DNA of 63,573 nucleotides, the filler included, from Hausera hauseri (Eukaryota): the NCBI GenBank assembly GCA_046269625.1. It is 11 parts of 11 records of this genome, joined end to end, with 100 filler letters (N's around TTAATTAATTAA, not from the genome) between each part and the next. Parts side by side here need not be neighbours in the genome. Positions count along the whole stretch, not along the records: positions 31,510 to 38,803 come from JBJURY010023897.1; positions 38,904 to 46,926 come from JBJURY010813198.1; positions 47,027 to 55,015 come from JBJURY010833192.1; 8 more parts are not named here. One strand, 5' to 3'. A program made the translations under genes and the position numbers. The notes beneath the pieces are model-generated. The model was given only the letters and a program-made list of their open reading frames with translations, made no database searches and was not told the DNA's origin. This document shows positions 37,112-49,514 of this stretch, piece after piece; positions within the stretch are counted from its first letter, which is position 1; each line of letters starts with the position of its first letter.

Positions 37112-38341
37112 GAATCCCTTCAAGAATCGTCATTCCACGCTTGGTGTCTCAGTCTAGTAACTCGACTGCGTGTTCATCCATCCACCAGAAGTCGGGTAAC
37201 CGATCAACGTTGTCTAGACCAATCATCCGTATTGAGCAGTATCGAATGGACACAGTCAATTGCAGATTCCCAACAAGATCGATGTAGTAATCCTGTGGCC
37301 ATGTATATCGCCGTGGCTACACGTTACTGTAACGAGATGCCGGAAATGACAATGCTATCCATACTTAACAACATAATCGTGCGTCATCAGCAATATCGAC
37401 TTGCTTTAGAACTCATCTGCAGCTATGTTGAGGGATCTCCTAAAGGTCAACTGGAATTTCTCATTAAAGATGAAACATTCAAAGGTTTATGGAGGCAATT
37501 AGTTCATGCAGATGATACATACTACAACATGGTGAAGAGTATTATCACACGAGAGTTCCCTGGGCCTGTACTCAGTCGCATTGGCAATTCCTTCTGTCCT
37601 AGTATCATCATAGGCTCTGGGGATAAGGAACGACAAGAGACTGTGATGCGTTTCTTCCTACGTCTGGTACTAGATCAAACAGGATGGATGGTTGACCATT
37701 GTCTGTTGTGGCTGCTGGACCGGCTGTTGAGATTGAATACGACATTACAGTTACAGTGTGCAGTCGATGAAATGCGTCTGTTTGTCAAATTACACACCGA
37801 TAAACAATTGTCTGATGGGGCTAAACGGTCTGGTCTGGCACAGTTGTTCAAAATTGGAGGAGGGTTTAGTACGGCATTGAGTCAATTGGCAGCAGGGAAT
37901 TATTTCTGGGTGCGTGTGTATGTACTGGAGGGACAGTTGATTACAGAGGATGATATGGGCATATGGAGGACATTTTTATTAAAATTACTCATTCATAAGA
38001 AGAAGAAGAATGATCGAACTGTGGGTACTGCCATGGTTAATGCTTGTAAACAACTCAAATTGAGTCTGTCCATTCCGTGTACTTGTCTTGCCTTGGTCCA
38101 ATCTGCACAACTCATAGGACAATGTCCTCCTGATGAATACGCCATCATTAAGGCAGCCTCTATTTTCTTTCCACGCTATCTTGGAATGGCACGAGCATGG
38201 GACTCAACTTTGACTGACTACGGCAGTGTTGGTCATCACGTGTTTCAGGATGACGCATTGCATCCGATTTTGTTACAGGCTCGCACTGCCATTTCTGCTG
38301 CGCAAGCCAATCAGTCATCTTTGTTGGATTCTGTACCTCAG
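37112..38341 (+). CDS. EPG5: EPG5 autophagy tether, one long internal exon (410 codons)
   Basis: AG acceptor at 37110-37111 and GT donor at 38342, with an open frame between them. Colinear with mid-EPG5: W..L..RL..H, FL...E.F, FPGP, W..D..LL.LLD.L, E..W, A...LKL, FF.RYL, G.VG..F. Confidence 0.75.
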
Positions 38342-39299
38342 GTTATTTGATTTTGTATTGTCTATCAGGGAGGGGTTGCCTTTGAATGATTGGATGGTTG
38401 GTTGTTACTTTTTCTAGAGGAGTTATAGAATGTTACATGAGTTGTGTATTTATATTTAATTTACAACGATAGAAATGTTTGGCGAATTGTTTTGTATAAA
38501 TTCAAATATGAATATAATTTTTGCTCTTATCGAACAATTTTTGAGCTGTTGTTACTTGTTTTCAATATCTGTACTTACTGCATACACAATTATCACGTCA
38601 AGGACAACAACTGTATGTGAGTAATGCCACTCCTGTGACTTATTACAGCAATTGCACATCACAACAGCATTTGATATTGAAACAAATGTCATATTAACAA
38701 GGAATAGCACCTTACTGTTAGTCAGAGTTTTACAAGTTCTATAGGTTCTACATGTACAAAATTTTATAATTGTAAGTAGGAATTTAAACGAATATTAATG
38801 TTTNNNNNNNNNNNNNNNNNNNNNNNNNNNNNNNNNNNNNNNNNNNNTTAATTAATTAANNNNNNNNNNNNNNNNNNNNNNNNNNNNNNNNNNNNNNNNN
38901 NNNCTTACCTTTCCCTGGCAGCAAGGACTTGCCCTGCCTGCAGCACTGGTCTCATCCAGTCCACTGACCTGCATGTGGTGTGAGGGTTGCCTTGGCGCTG
39001 ACCACACCAACCAGGCTTGACAGCGAGGCTGTTCGCCTGGCATGCAGTAAGGTGTCGGTGGAGGAGACACAAGGCGGGTGGTGTTTTTTGCTGACTAGGA
39101 TGAGGGTTTCGAGCTGCTCAACCCTATGCTTGTCCACCGGAGTCGGATTACGGTTGGTCCACCCCTGCTGAAGGGTCGGGCTGGATTCAGGTCTCATGAG
39201 TAAGGATCCAGGGACCTGGACCTTCTGGCTCCGCATCCTTTGGATATTATTCATTTTTTCAACAGGATACGACGAAAATGTGAGTACTTTCTTTCATTA

Positions 39300-42200
39300 C
39301 TGAAAGCAATAGATGTTCAGCATCGGCGAGTTATGACCCGCACACCTTTTGGGGTGCTGGTTTTTTCAGCGGTCACGTTTTTTCTTCGAGAAGATTAACG
39401 TAATTAGCTATTCATATGCTGGCCTGGGCGCTAAACGAGTTGTGCATGCTAGGCTACATCCGGATGAGTTGCCTTCTTATACCGGAGAGTATGACATCGG
39501 GAAGCGCTCCTGCTCCCGTCCTCCAACCGGAGTGACCGGGCACAGTGCTATCCCCATTGTTCATGCTTATACTGATTGCATGCTAGAGCTAGTTAGCTGT
39601 GAGCTAACCAGCCATGCGGGTGAATTGGCGGTGTTAGGGAAAGCCGGCGCGTGGAATTGCGGCCCGCTCTCTTCCTCTACTCGCCCTCAGTGATGGTTGC
39701 ACGGTGAGAATAACAGAATTCTACCGTCGCTGGAGCGCAGTTTGACTGCAGAATTCGGAAGGTTCTGGCACGCCAGACGGCGGCCCGTTCCCCGTCTTCT
39801 TAGCTACCACTGTGCGGTGAGAGACTCTCCCGCCATAAGCGGCGCGGGTTCGGTGGCCCGCTCCGCACACATCACTGTATGAGTTCCCGCTTCGGAGAAC
39901 GATGGCGTCCTGGTCCTCTCAGCCACTATACCGGAGAGTATGACACCGGAAGCGCTCCTGCTCCCGCCCTCCAACCGGAGTGACCGGGCACAGTGTTATC
40001 CGCATTGTTCATGTTTATTCCGATGTCGATGTGTCTGCTTCAAGGATGAAGCATGGATTAGCATGCTAGAGCTAGTTAGCTGTGAGCTAACCAGCCACAC
40101 GGGTGAATTGGCGGTGTTAAGGGAAAGCCGGCACGTGGAATCGCGGCCCGCTCTCTTCCTGCACCAGTCTTCAGTGATGGTTGCACGGTGAGATTAACAG
40201 AAATTCTACCGTCCCTGGAGCGCAGTTTGACTGCAGAGTTCGGAAGGTTCCGGCACGCCAGACGGCAGCCCGTTCCCCGTCCTCTCAGCTAACACTGTGC
40301 GGTGAGAGACTCTCCCGCCATAAGCGGCGCGGGTTCGGTGGCCCGCTCTGCACACATCACTGTTATGACTCTCCGCTTCGGAGAACGACGGCGTCCTGGT
40401 CCACCCGTTCCGAATGGAAGGTTGGATCCAGGGCCCCGGTCTGAGGAAGGACCCTGGGATCTGGGCCTTCGGGACTCCCCATCCATGCAACTGCCACCAT
40501 CGTGGCTCGAGCCAACGTCTTCATACGATGGGCAATGGACGCCAGAGGTCTGGCGATCCATGAGTATGAAGTGGGGGATTATGTGTTGTTTTTATGCTTG
40601 CGCTCTTAATAAAATTAAGACCGTCACCTAAGCATATTCCTAAAATAAGTGTCCAGTTCAGTCAGGTCTCATGACTCTGTCTGTCTCACACACGTTTTTT
40701 CCCCCACTCTGGGTAAGCAAAGCCCGCTAAGCTTATGCCTAGCTGGCCTTCTGGTTTTTTCTCTTTAAAAAAATAAAATAAAATAAAAGAAAAAGAGAGA
40801 GAGAGAGAGAGACTGGGTGAGGCAAAGTCCGCTAAACCTCTGTTTAGCCGCCCTCTTGTTTTTTTCACCAAACACAGTCCTCCTAAAATTATCATGCTTG
40901 CCCTCCCCCTTGTGGCCGGCGAGCTCATTCACCAGTCAATTTTCACTTCACCGTCAGACGGAGGATGTAAGTGAAATCAGGCGACATAAGTTTTGTCACA
41001 AGCAAGGCCGCCTTGACCCCGCCCCGGCTTGAATCTGCAACAGTGCGATGAACGCTGCTCGACGTTCAGTGGGGACAAGCCCGGTTCTGGTCCACAATTC
41101 ATCTGAATGTGGCTCTCCCGGTTTCAGGGCCAAATAAGCAGAAGGCCTGGGAGCTTCTGCACAGCCTTTTTTGGAGCAAAGCCTCCCATGGTCACAGGAG
41201 AGAGTGTGACGGCACCAGAGGCCTACAGTGTCCCGGGTTGTTACAACAACCACCCAACAATTTTTACACCTGTTCTATGAACAGGTGGATGAAGGGTTTG
41301 ATAAAAGTTGGTTACAGACAGCAGTTTGGACCACACCCTTCTGGTTCTGTGAGATCCTGGAGACCCGGCTCTCGTTTTCCCTGACAGGATCTCGCTCTTC
41401 AAGCAGAAATTCAGGAGCTCCTGTCTCTAGGGTTCCTGGTGGGGAGGAATACGAGGGTTTTCTATTCCCGGTATTTCCTTGTCCCAAAGAAATCGGGTGG
41501 ATTGAGACAGATTCTGGACCTCTCCCTCTTCAACAAATGCATAATGAAGAGGCCCTTTTCACATGTTAACCAAACAGTGCTTACATGTGTGGGGAAAGGC
41601 AACTGGTTTACATCAGTTTTTCATGTCCCGGTCATTCCGGTGCACAGAAAATATCCGCGTTTCTCTTCAGAGGATCCAGTTTCCAGTAAACCGACTTCCG
41701 TTCGGTTACACTCTGGCACCACGCATCTTTTCCAGGTGCGTGGAAACTGCTCTGCAGCCTTCTGTGCTCAGTGCGGATGAGAATTCTGTTTTATCTGGAT
41801 GACTTGCTCCTGCTGGCCCGTTCAGACAGGATGCGGCGTCACAGACAGAGAAACTGCTAGCACATCTAAGGATGCTGGGGTTCTCCATAAATTAAATAAA
41901 TAATTCTCTTGTCCTGTCCCAAGTCATCACGTACTTGGGAGTGGACCTGGATTCAGTCTCCATGACAGCGAGACTGTCTCAACACAGGAAACAGGCTCTG
42001 TTGATACTGTTAATCATGTCAGACCCTGCAGATCTGTAACGGCCTTAACCATCATGCATTTGCTGGACATGATGACAGGGGTCCACACAGTGGTTCCGCT
42101 TGGCCTTTTTTGCACACGAGACGCTTACAGCGATGGTTCTCATGGCAAAAGATCAATCCAATTCATACCCTCCTCTGTGGAGGCGGACCTGAGCCACTGA

Positions 42201-43490
42201 AGCAGCCGCACACACTGTCAGTGGGAGTTCCTCTGAACAGTGTGATGCATCACGTGCAGGTTTTTTCACCGACGTATCGCTGACAGATTTGTTAAGTGGA
42301 AGTGGTTTTGTTCGCCAGCAGAGAAAACGCACAGTGCAGCCTGTGGTTCTCTCTGAGCTCGTGGGACATTCCCCCCCTGGGGGTGGATGTTTTATGCGCA
42401 CCGTTCTTGGCAGAACAAGTTCTTATGCCTTCCCACCAGTCCCTCTGATTCCATGTCTGCTGGACCGGATCAGGGAGGTCTGGCACCTGGTGATTCTAGT
42501 CGCCCACAGGCGCACAAGTGCACACAGGTTCCCACTCCTCCACTCTTGCTGTCGGGTTGCCCTGCAACTACCTTGGCAGGAGGACGCTCTCCTACAGGCA
42601 GGAGGAGCGATCAGGAGCTTCCCAGTGCTGGGCCAGCCCCTCTGGGTCTGGCTGCTGAACGGGAACGCCTGGGGAATTTGGGTTGTCCGCTGAAGTGGTG
42701 CGCACCATTCAGGATGCGCACACAGCCTTCACGGTCTCCTCTTACACAGCCAGGTGGTCATCCTTCCAGCGTTGGTGTGTGGAGTAAAATACAGACCCAG
42801 TGTCGTGTCTTTTGCCCTGTATTCTGTCTTGTTTACAGATGTTAACAGACAGAGGTTTAGTTTCAGCATCGTTTAAACGTATGCTGCAGCAATTCCTCCT
42901 GTCACGAGGGTTTTTTGGTGACAGGACGGTCTTTTAATCATTCTTTGGTTAAACCGTTCTGTTATGCGCACGCTCGTGCTGCAGTGGGAGTGACGCTGGT
43001 GTTACGCGCTCTGACAAAGCTTCGCTTTTAGAGCAAGTGTCACTTAAGTTCCTGTCACAACAAATGGCGCTGCTGTTAGCATTATCATCAGCAAGAGAGT
43101 GAGTGAGCTGTCTGCTTTATCAGAATCTTCTTCCTGTCTCAGGATGCGAGAGGGTGGTGGCTCGGCCGTTTTAACGTGCCTACGTGGTTTTTACGCCGAA
43201 GAGCATCACAAGCTCTTACAGCTCCAGAGTCATTATTCTGGATGGCTTTTTCCCCCTCCTCACAGTTCAGAGGAAAAGGCAGTTTCTCATTTTCTGTGCC
43301 TGTTGCGGGCGCTCTCATGTTATGTGACGCGCACAGCAGAGATGAGACACACTCAGTGTCTGTTTGTGCACTACAGAGAGCAGTCTGCAGGACAAGCTCT
43401 GTCTTCACAGAGACTGTCACATTGGATCTGCGAGGCGTTTTCGCAAGCTTACAGCTCATCAGGTGTGCGGCCTCCAGCTGTACTGTCAGC
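39300..43490 (+). mobile_element. DIRS1-type tyrosine-recombinase retrotransposon, decayed (gag, RT, RH, MT, YR), teleost-like
   Basis: FYSRYFLVPKKSGGLRQILDL, LPFG..LAPRIF, FYLDDLL and YAFPPVPLI. YR motifs RVSELSALS, RALSCYVTRT and LSSQRLSHWI..AY. Confidence 0.88.
39478..40402 (+). repeat. Tandem duplication (~450 bp) in DIRS ORF1
   Basis: TATACCGGAGAGTATGAC.. at 39478 and 39927, with highly similar downstream sequence. Confidence 0.9.
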
Positions 43491-43729
43491 TCAAAAGTTC
43501 AGTTTTCTGGATCCTAATAGGTATTTCGACAACAATAACTAAATATTTTCAGCTTGATTTCAAGATTTAATAAGTTGTTTTGTTGACTTCACACAAACTG
43601 TAGCGGGTCCTGATGTAGGCTGTACTGACTCCATAGAAAGACAGTAAATTACCTCTTTGTCCACATTGGTCTCGTTTTCCCCGCGCTTCAACTGGGAGAG
43701 CCACCCTGGCTGCAGGAGGATGGTCGGCG

Positions 43730-43910
43730 CCACTTCTGTTCCAACGTTTTCATGGCTTTTTACAAACCGATCATGCGTTTTCTTCCATGTTTTGTGACAT
43801 TCGAGCTCAACATTGCAGCTACTTCCTTCCAGTTCTGCACCTTCTGATTATCTTCGTGATCTCTCAAGGAGGGATCGTATGAATGCTGATCTGTTCGGCG
43901 AGAGCGCGTT
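43730..43910 (-). mobile_element. MADF/Myb-like remnant (Harbinger-associated)
   Basis: YDPSLRDHEDNQKVQN.W.EVA..L...DRFVK pattern, decayed. Confidence 0.45.
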
Positions 43911-44482
43911 AAGTGTGGCGTGATACAGATGAAAAGTTATAAAAAATCTGCACCTTATTTACCCCTAATTATATTTTTACAATTTTTAATGTTAGACTGC
44001 TATTTCAGATTAATTTGAGCTAAGAGTTTTTTGCAATAAATAACAATACAAACCCTGTAAACACGCACACACACATGCTACAAATACAACACATCACACA
44101 AAGTTAGTGAATAAGTTCCCTCTTCATGATGTTACACATTATGTCAGTTTACCACAGGAGTGTTTTGATTCTTTTCTGTTTCTTTAAACACGATTAAAAG
44201 GTTTTTTCACTGTTAATTTTAACAACATAAATCTTTTTTCTTTTTTGCTTAGGCTATTCTTCTCTATCTAATCCCATCAAACCACGATTCCAAAAATAGT
44301 TATCTAAATGAACATCTTTACATTTAAGTAAAATAAATCAAATGATGTACCAACAATCTTGTTTAAAATATATTTTGTCACGGCAACCATTGATACTATT
44401 TGAATTTTCTTATGCTTAATTTTGAGTTATTCTGCAGATTATAGGACGAGAAGTATTTTAATCTACCGCGTAAACAGTCAGT

Positions 44483-44946
44483 ATGAATCTGAATAAGCGA
44501 TCCAGTCGATTCAATGTGAATTATTGTGATAATCGGGATTTTGCCAGATTATATAAAAGTGCTAAACAAAATTTTGAAGATCGTCGTACCGGCATATTGA
44601 AATTCGAGCCACCAACAACAGCCCAACAATTGCGAGATCAAATTCCAGCAGAGATTTTTCTTGAACCTCTGGTATGTCTGCTATAAATCTAATTTGTTTT
44701 ATACGTTAATTGCAGACAAATTTAAAAGATTTTCAAGAATACAATAGTATTGAAGCAATACAGAAACGATACAAAGAGAAATTGGCACGAAAATCAATTC
44801 CGGACGTGGAGAAAATTGTGAAAAAACGTCGTGTCAGCAATTTGGATCCACTGGATGATATTTGTCCAATGCCAAAATTGCCGGATAAATTACAGGAGAA
44901 ACAGGTGATTGTCGATTTGTATTTCGTCGGTTTTGTACAAATGTGA
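44483..44946 (+). CDS. Unknown spliced gene (exons 44483-44671 and 44716 to ~44904 or 44946)
   Basis: A 44-nt GTATGT..TTGCAG intron (44672-44715) joins two ORFs in frame. Confidence 0.55.
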
Positions 44947-45416
44947 TGTTGGCAACAATTCACCCTAAATTTCCTTACGACTAATTGACGATGCGTATAA
45001 AATTACGAACATTATCGATGAAGTAAACGTGGCAATACACATAATCGTCATTAGAGTAGATGTTTTTTGTTTTCTGTACAAACAGACGTGATTATACGTA
45101 TAGATTTGCGTTGGAAATTCGTGACGTACGTTAAATTGCTTTAAAATGCGTTACAAATGAATTTTCTGTAATAGCGGCACTTTTGCATTATCCCCCCTAT
45201 TTAGTACAGACAAACGCAGTTTCTTTTGTATTTTTTATAAAATTTCAATATATTTGTCGAGCAGGATGTTTTTCATCTTTTCCTGCTCGTATCTCGTCGT
45301 CCTCGTCGTCAGTTTGTTATCATTTTGTCCATCTGATAAATGTCGTCGATTTTATGAGGAATACCAAATTGCCCCGTCGATGGAATAATGACTGGACATT
45401 GGCGTTTGGAATGTCA

Positions 45417-45950
45417 GCAATTCGGTATTTGTGGAATTCCCATGAAAATAGTCATAGAAATATGTGCAGAAGTGGTAAAATTGCTGATAGTCGNNNNNNN
45501 NNNNNNNNNNNNNNNNNNNNNNNNNNNNNNNNNNNNNNNNNNNNNNNNNNNNNNNNNNNNNNNNNNNNNNNNNNNNNNNNNNNNNNNNNNNNNGGGGAAT
45601 AATACACATGTGCCGTTTTGTCTATTTTGTGAATTTTCTCCTCCCTTCTGCAATTCGGTATTTGTGGAATTTCCATGAAAATAGTCATAGAAATATGTGC
45701 AGAAGTGGTAAAATTGCTGATAGTCGGTGGCAGGGGGAGGAGGAGGGGGAATAATACACATGTGCCGTTTTGTCTATTTTGTGAATTTTCTCCTCCCTTC
45801 TGCAATTCGGTATTTGTGGAATTTCCATGAAAATAGTCATAGAAATATGTGCAGAAGTGGTAAAATTGCTGATAGTCGGTGGCAGGGGGAGGAGGAGGGG
45901 GAATAATACACATGTGCCGTCTTGTCTATTTTGTGAATTTTCTCCTCCTT
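45417..45950. repeat. 152-bp tandem repeat spanning a 100-N gap (45494-45593)
   Basis: The unit GCAATTCGGTATTTGTGGAAT..GGAGGAGGGGGAATAATACACATG.. recurs at ~45417, 45650 and 45802. Confidence 0.92.
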
Positions 45951-47026
45951 GTGTAATTCAGCAAATTGCCTTTTAAAAATTCTCATTTTTTATTGTTTGC
46001 CCCTCTGCACGGTTTTAACCAAAAGTGTCCATTTTATTCTAATCGCTTTCACTTTCCGCATAATTGAAAAATCTCACGCACAAAAAAATTTCCGTGCCTT
46101 CTGACAGATTTCCTTAATTTGTCTATTCCTTTTTCCAATTGAAATGAAAATGACATCCTGTCCCATAATCAACAAACTCTACCCAAACTTGTCCAAAAAC
46201 TCACATTCTCATCATCATTATTATTGTGGCATTCATAAACTTATACTTACCTTATCTGCAATATCCTTCCCATAGAGCTCATTTCATGAAATTTCCCACT
46301 ACTTCCATTGCCTGTCGGTAAAAACAATAACAACAACAAAAGACAATTCTCATAATCTACCCCTCCAAACCACCCAAGACCAATGCGCAATTACCGAACA
46401 AAAAAAAGAAATAAAAACCATCGCAACAGTTTCCATAACTTCACCATACATTCCGTAATGACTCATTTTACTTCATAACAATTGCGTCGCCTTTGCAATT
46501 TCCCGAATTGCAATAAAGTTTGGTTATTTTTTTCAGCTTTGCATACAGAGATGAAGACATTTGCAAAAACACTGTTTAAGTGTATCAATTTTTTTAGATT
46601 AGATGTTTGGGAGGAGTTACAGCGACACAGTTCAAAACTGACATCATGACCTGTTGGCTTTTATTAACTTAATCCTGTTTTAAATGAGACAAATGAATGA
46701 ATCTGAGCAGTAAGTATTCAGCAGATGCAACAGCATCACCACTTTTTGGATTGCTGGATGAAGAGTGTAGTTTGCAGCCAGCTAGTGCTCAGAAACTACT
46801 AACCTGGGATTTAAATTTCTACATTTCAGTCGTAATCACACCCAGTTGGATAAAAGGTCATGACTGACAGGTGTTTGAGCCAATAGGATGCAGGTGTAAA
46901 TCCCTCCCATAGGAATAAAGAAGGCCNNNNNNNNNNNNNNNNNNNNNNNNNNNNNNNNNNNNNNNNNNNNTTAATTAATTAANNNNNNNNNNNNNNNNNN
47001 NNNNNNNNNNNNNNNNNNNNNNNNNN

Positions 47027-48035
47027 GGAGACGATGTGGAAAATATCGGTAAAAAAAATCAGCATCCATGAAGGTACGGTCGCTCCCAGTGTCCAGGACG
47101 GCTTCGACGGGATGGTGATCTATCTGTAATATAAGTGAACGCAGGTTGGCCGGCTTGATCGTAACTCGGTTGATTTCGATGGGTCGAGAAAAAGAAACTC
47201 GCTTCCTTCGGTAGTCAAGATACTGGCGAGGTGCAGGTGGTGAAGGTGACCTGGGTGGTGAAAATCGTGACGGTCTCGGCTGGCGGTTAACTGGTGGCAG
47301 TGCCGGACGACGATGAACGTTGTGCTGCCAGCGAGGTGGTGGTCGACTGTCGGACGCTCGAGGATGATAAGCTTGCTGGGGCTGGTGGGACACCGGTACA
47401 GGAGGAGAAGATTGGACGGCATGTCGGCTGTCAAATTCTTTGGCATATTTGAAAAGTTGGTAAGAGGATGAGATCGCTTTGGCGTCGAGTAGGTCTTGAA
47501 TTTCAGGGGTGCATCGTGGGATGATGACCCGTAATTTGTTAGAGTCCGAAATGTCATCACCGAGGGCTTTAAAGAGTTCCATTTTTCGGCTGATAAATAA
47601 TTGGAGAGGTTGGCCAGGTTGCTGCCGGATGGTATATAATTCTTCCTCTAGTTGAAGACGGGGAATGGTTTCTTTAAATATAATTTGCATCTCTTGTTGA
47701 AGATGGTGATAGGGAGTGTGATCCGTACGACCTTCAATTTCGGCTTGGCCGACCACGTCAAACCACAGCTTGGCTTCGCCTTCGAGGGCGGCGGTAAGGA
47801 AGGCGTATTTCTGGGAATCTGGTACGCCATGGGTGAGAAAATGTCGCTCAGCTTCTTGAAAGAAGACCTTGACGGGCGTGGATCCATCATACTTTTCTGG
47901 AAGTGCGGGCGGGCGGGGCGTCAAGGCAATGGCGAGCTTGGATAGTGCCTCTGCGATGTCCATAGATGGGGCGGATGCAGTGCTTTCGGCGGTCCGCAAG
48001 GATAGGCCTTTGAGTTGTTGTTGTAGGGAATCCAT
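47027..48035 (-). CDS. Gypsy gag-protease, second diverged copy, truncated by the contig end
   Basis: Paralogous to the N-terminus of 49515-54227; contains AVLDTGS. Confidence 0.9.
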
Positions 48036-48101
48036 TTAGTTGAAAACTTTTACACAAAATTTGAAGAAGCTGAAGTTACTGACAACTGTGGAGGGCGCCA
48101 G

Positions 48102-48811
48102 TGTAAGGAACCCCTGTTCCTTATATGCCAAGAAGAGTCTTCAGCTTTACCCAGAGTTCGGTCCCAAGTAGCACAGAGTCAGTTTAAGATAAAAAAATAA
48201 AGTTTATTCAGCACACAGTTACATTGGCTTAAACTAAAAAGCCTTTTAATGAATCAAATCAAAATGCCAACTCGGCGAGAACGTTACATAAGTTGATGGT
48301 GAGTTGAACTGACGGGAAGTTTATCAGAAACAAAATCACACACACTAACTATAATAGTCAGAACGACTTAGCTCACTAGCAGAGCGCTAGGATTGAACGT
48401 TATAGACAACTAGTAAAGCACAGTGCAACGCACAAATGACACTCTTACACACTCTCTCACATACTAGACTTTTGAACTCCTTATATACTCTTGCCCTGGG
48501 AATAAATTTCCATCTAATTTGCATAATTCTCCGTTTGTTGTTTCTTTCGTTAATTTTGAATCCGTGAGGCAGTCATGTGACAGGGTGCGGAAAGGAGAGA
48601 TCGTAGGACAGGTAACTAAAAAGTAGAGTGTTAAGTAACTTAAAAATAACAGCGACCCCTATACTTGCCTCCCTCACGGAAAAGAAAACCGAGACATGGA
48701 CCCAACGGTCCAGATGAAGGTTTATTAAAAAGAGTTAAATGTCAAAAAGCGGGATCCCCCCAAAATTTAGAATACTATAGAGCCTAACCATCGAAATAAA
48801 CCAGGGAACCC
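48102..48811 (-). repeat. LTR shared between the two tandem Gypsy copies (U3 boundary undefined), followed by a PBS-like TGGCGCCC at 48093-48100
   Basis: Homologous to 54276-54999. On the minus strand it ends ..CCTTACA, with a TATA box near 48485 and AATAAA near 48205. Confidence 0.8.
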
Positions 48812-49514
48812 ATACCAAAAATTAACTTACCGCAGTTCAACTCTTTACAGGTGTGATTGAAGATATCGAAGGTTTACAGAAGAATCAAAAGATGTACAAT
48901 ACAAATCGTCCTTCCAGTTCATCTGGAAGAAATAAAGTGTTACAAATTTGGTACAGCATAGACAGGAGAGTCATATACAGGAACATATTTCATGCACTGA
49001 ATACAGGGTCGAAAGTGACCATCACATACAATATTTTTCGAATAAGTATAATATCATGTATCCAGTGCCCTTCCTGTACCTTGAAATTTAGTTTTGTTTG
49101 TTTATGTGACAGATATTTTTCTGGATGTTAGTAATTTTATGAGTTAGCAGGGTTGAGTGACTGATATAAATATAGTTTTTAGGATTGAGATAATGTTCCC
49201 AACTGTGTCCCTTCATTCTACATGCATAGATTATCAATGAGATTTTTGTAGAATATATGTGACAATTAATACAATGTGCAAATAACAATTCTAGTAGTAC
49301 AATAAAAAGATATTTGGTCAAACAAAGTGCGAGAGAAAAAAAAAACCATGATCTTACACAACAGAAAAGTCCATCTGGAATCTAACAAAAATAAATAATA
49401 TGCTGCAAACTGTGCAGTCATTACACACAATATATACAATTAAAAACCGAATTTGGTGTCTGAAAAGTAAGCACAGAAAATTGCAGAATTGGAACAAAAA
49501 CAGAAACTTATCTT

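Noticed and set aside
48853-49500. Extra ORF or env in the 3' UTR of the intact Gypsy element
   Set aside because: Only short ORFs (<95 aa) with no recognisable motif.
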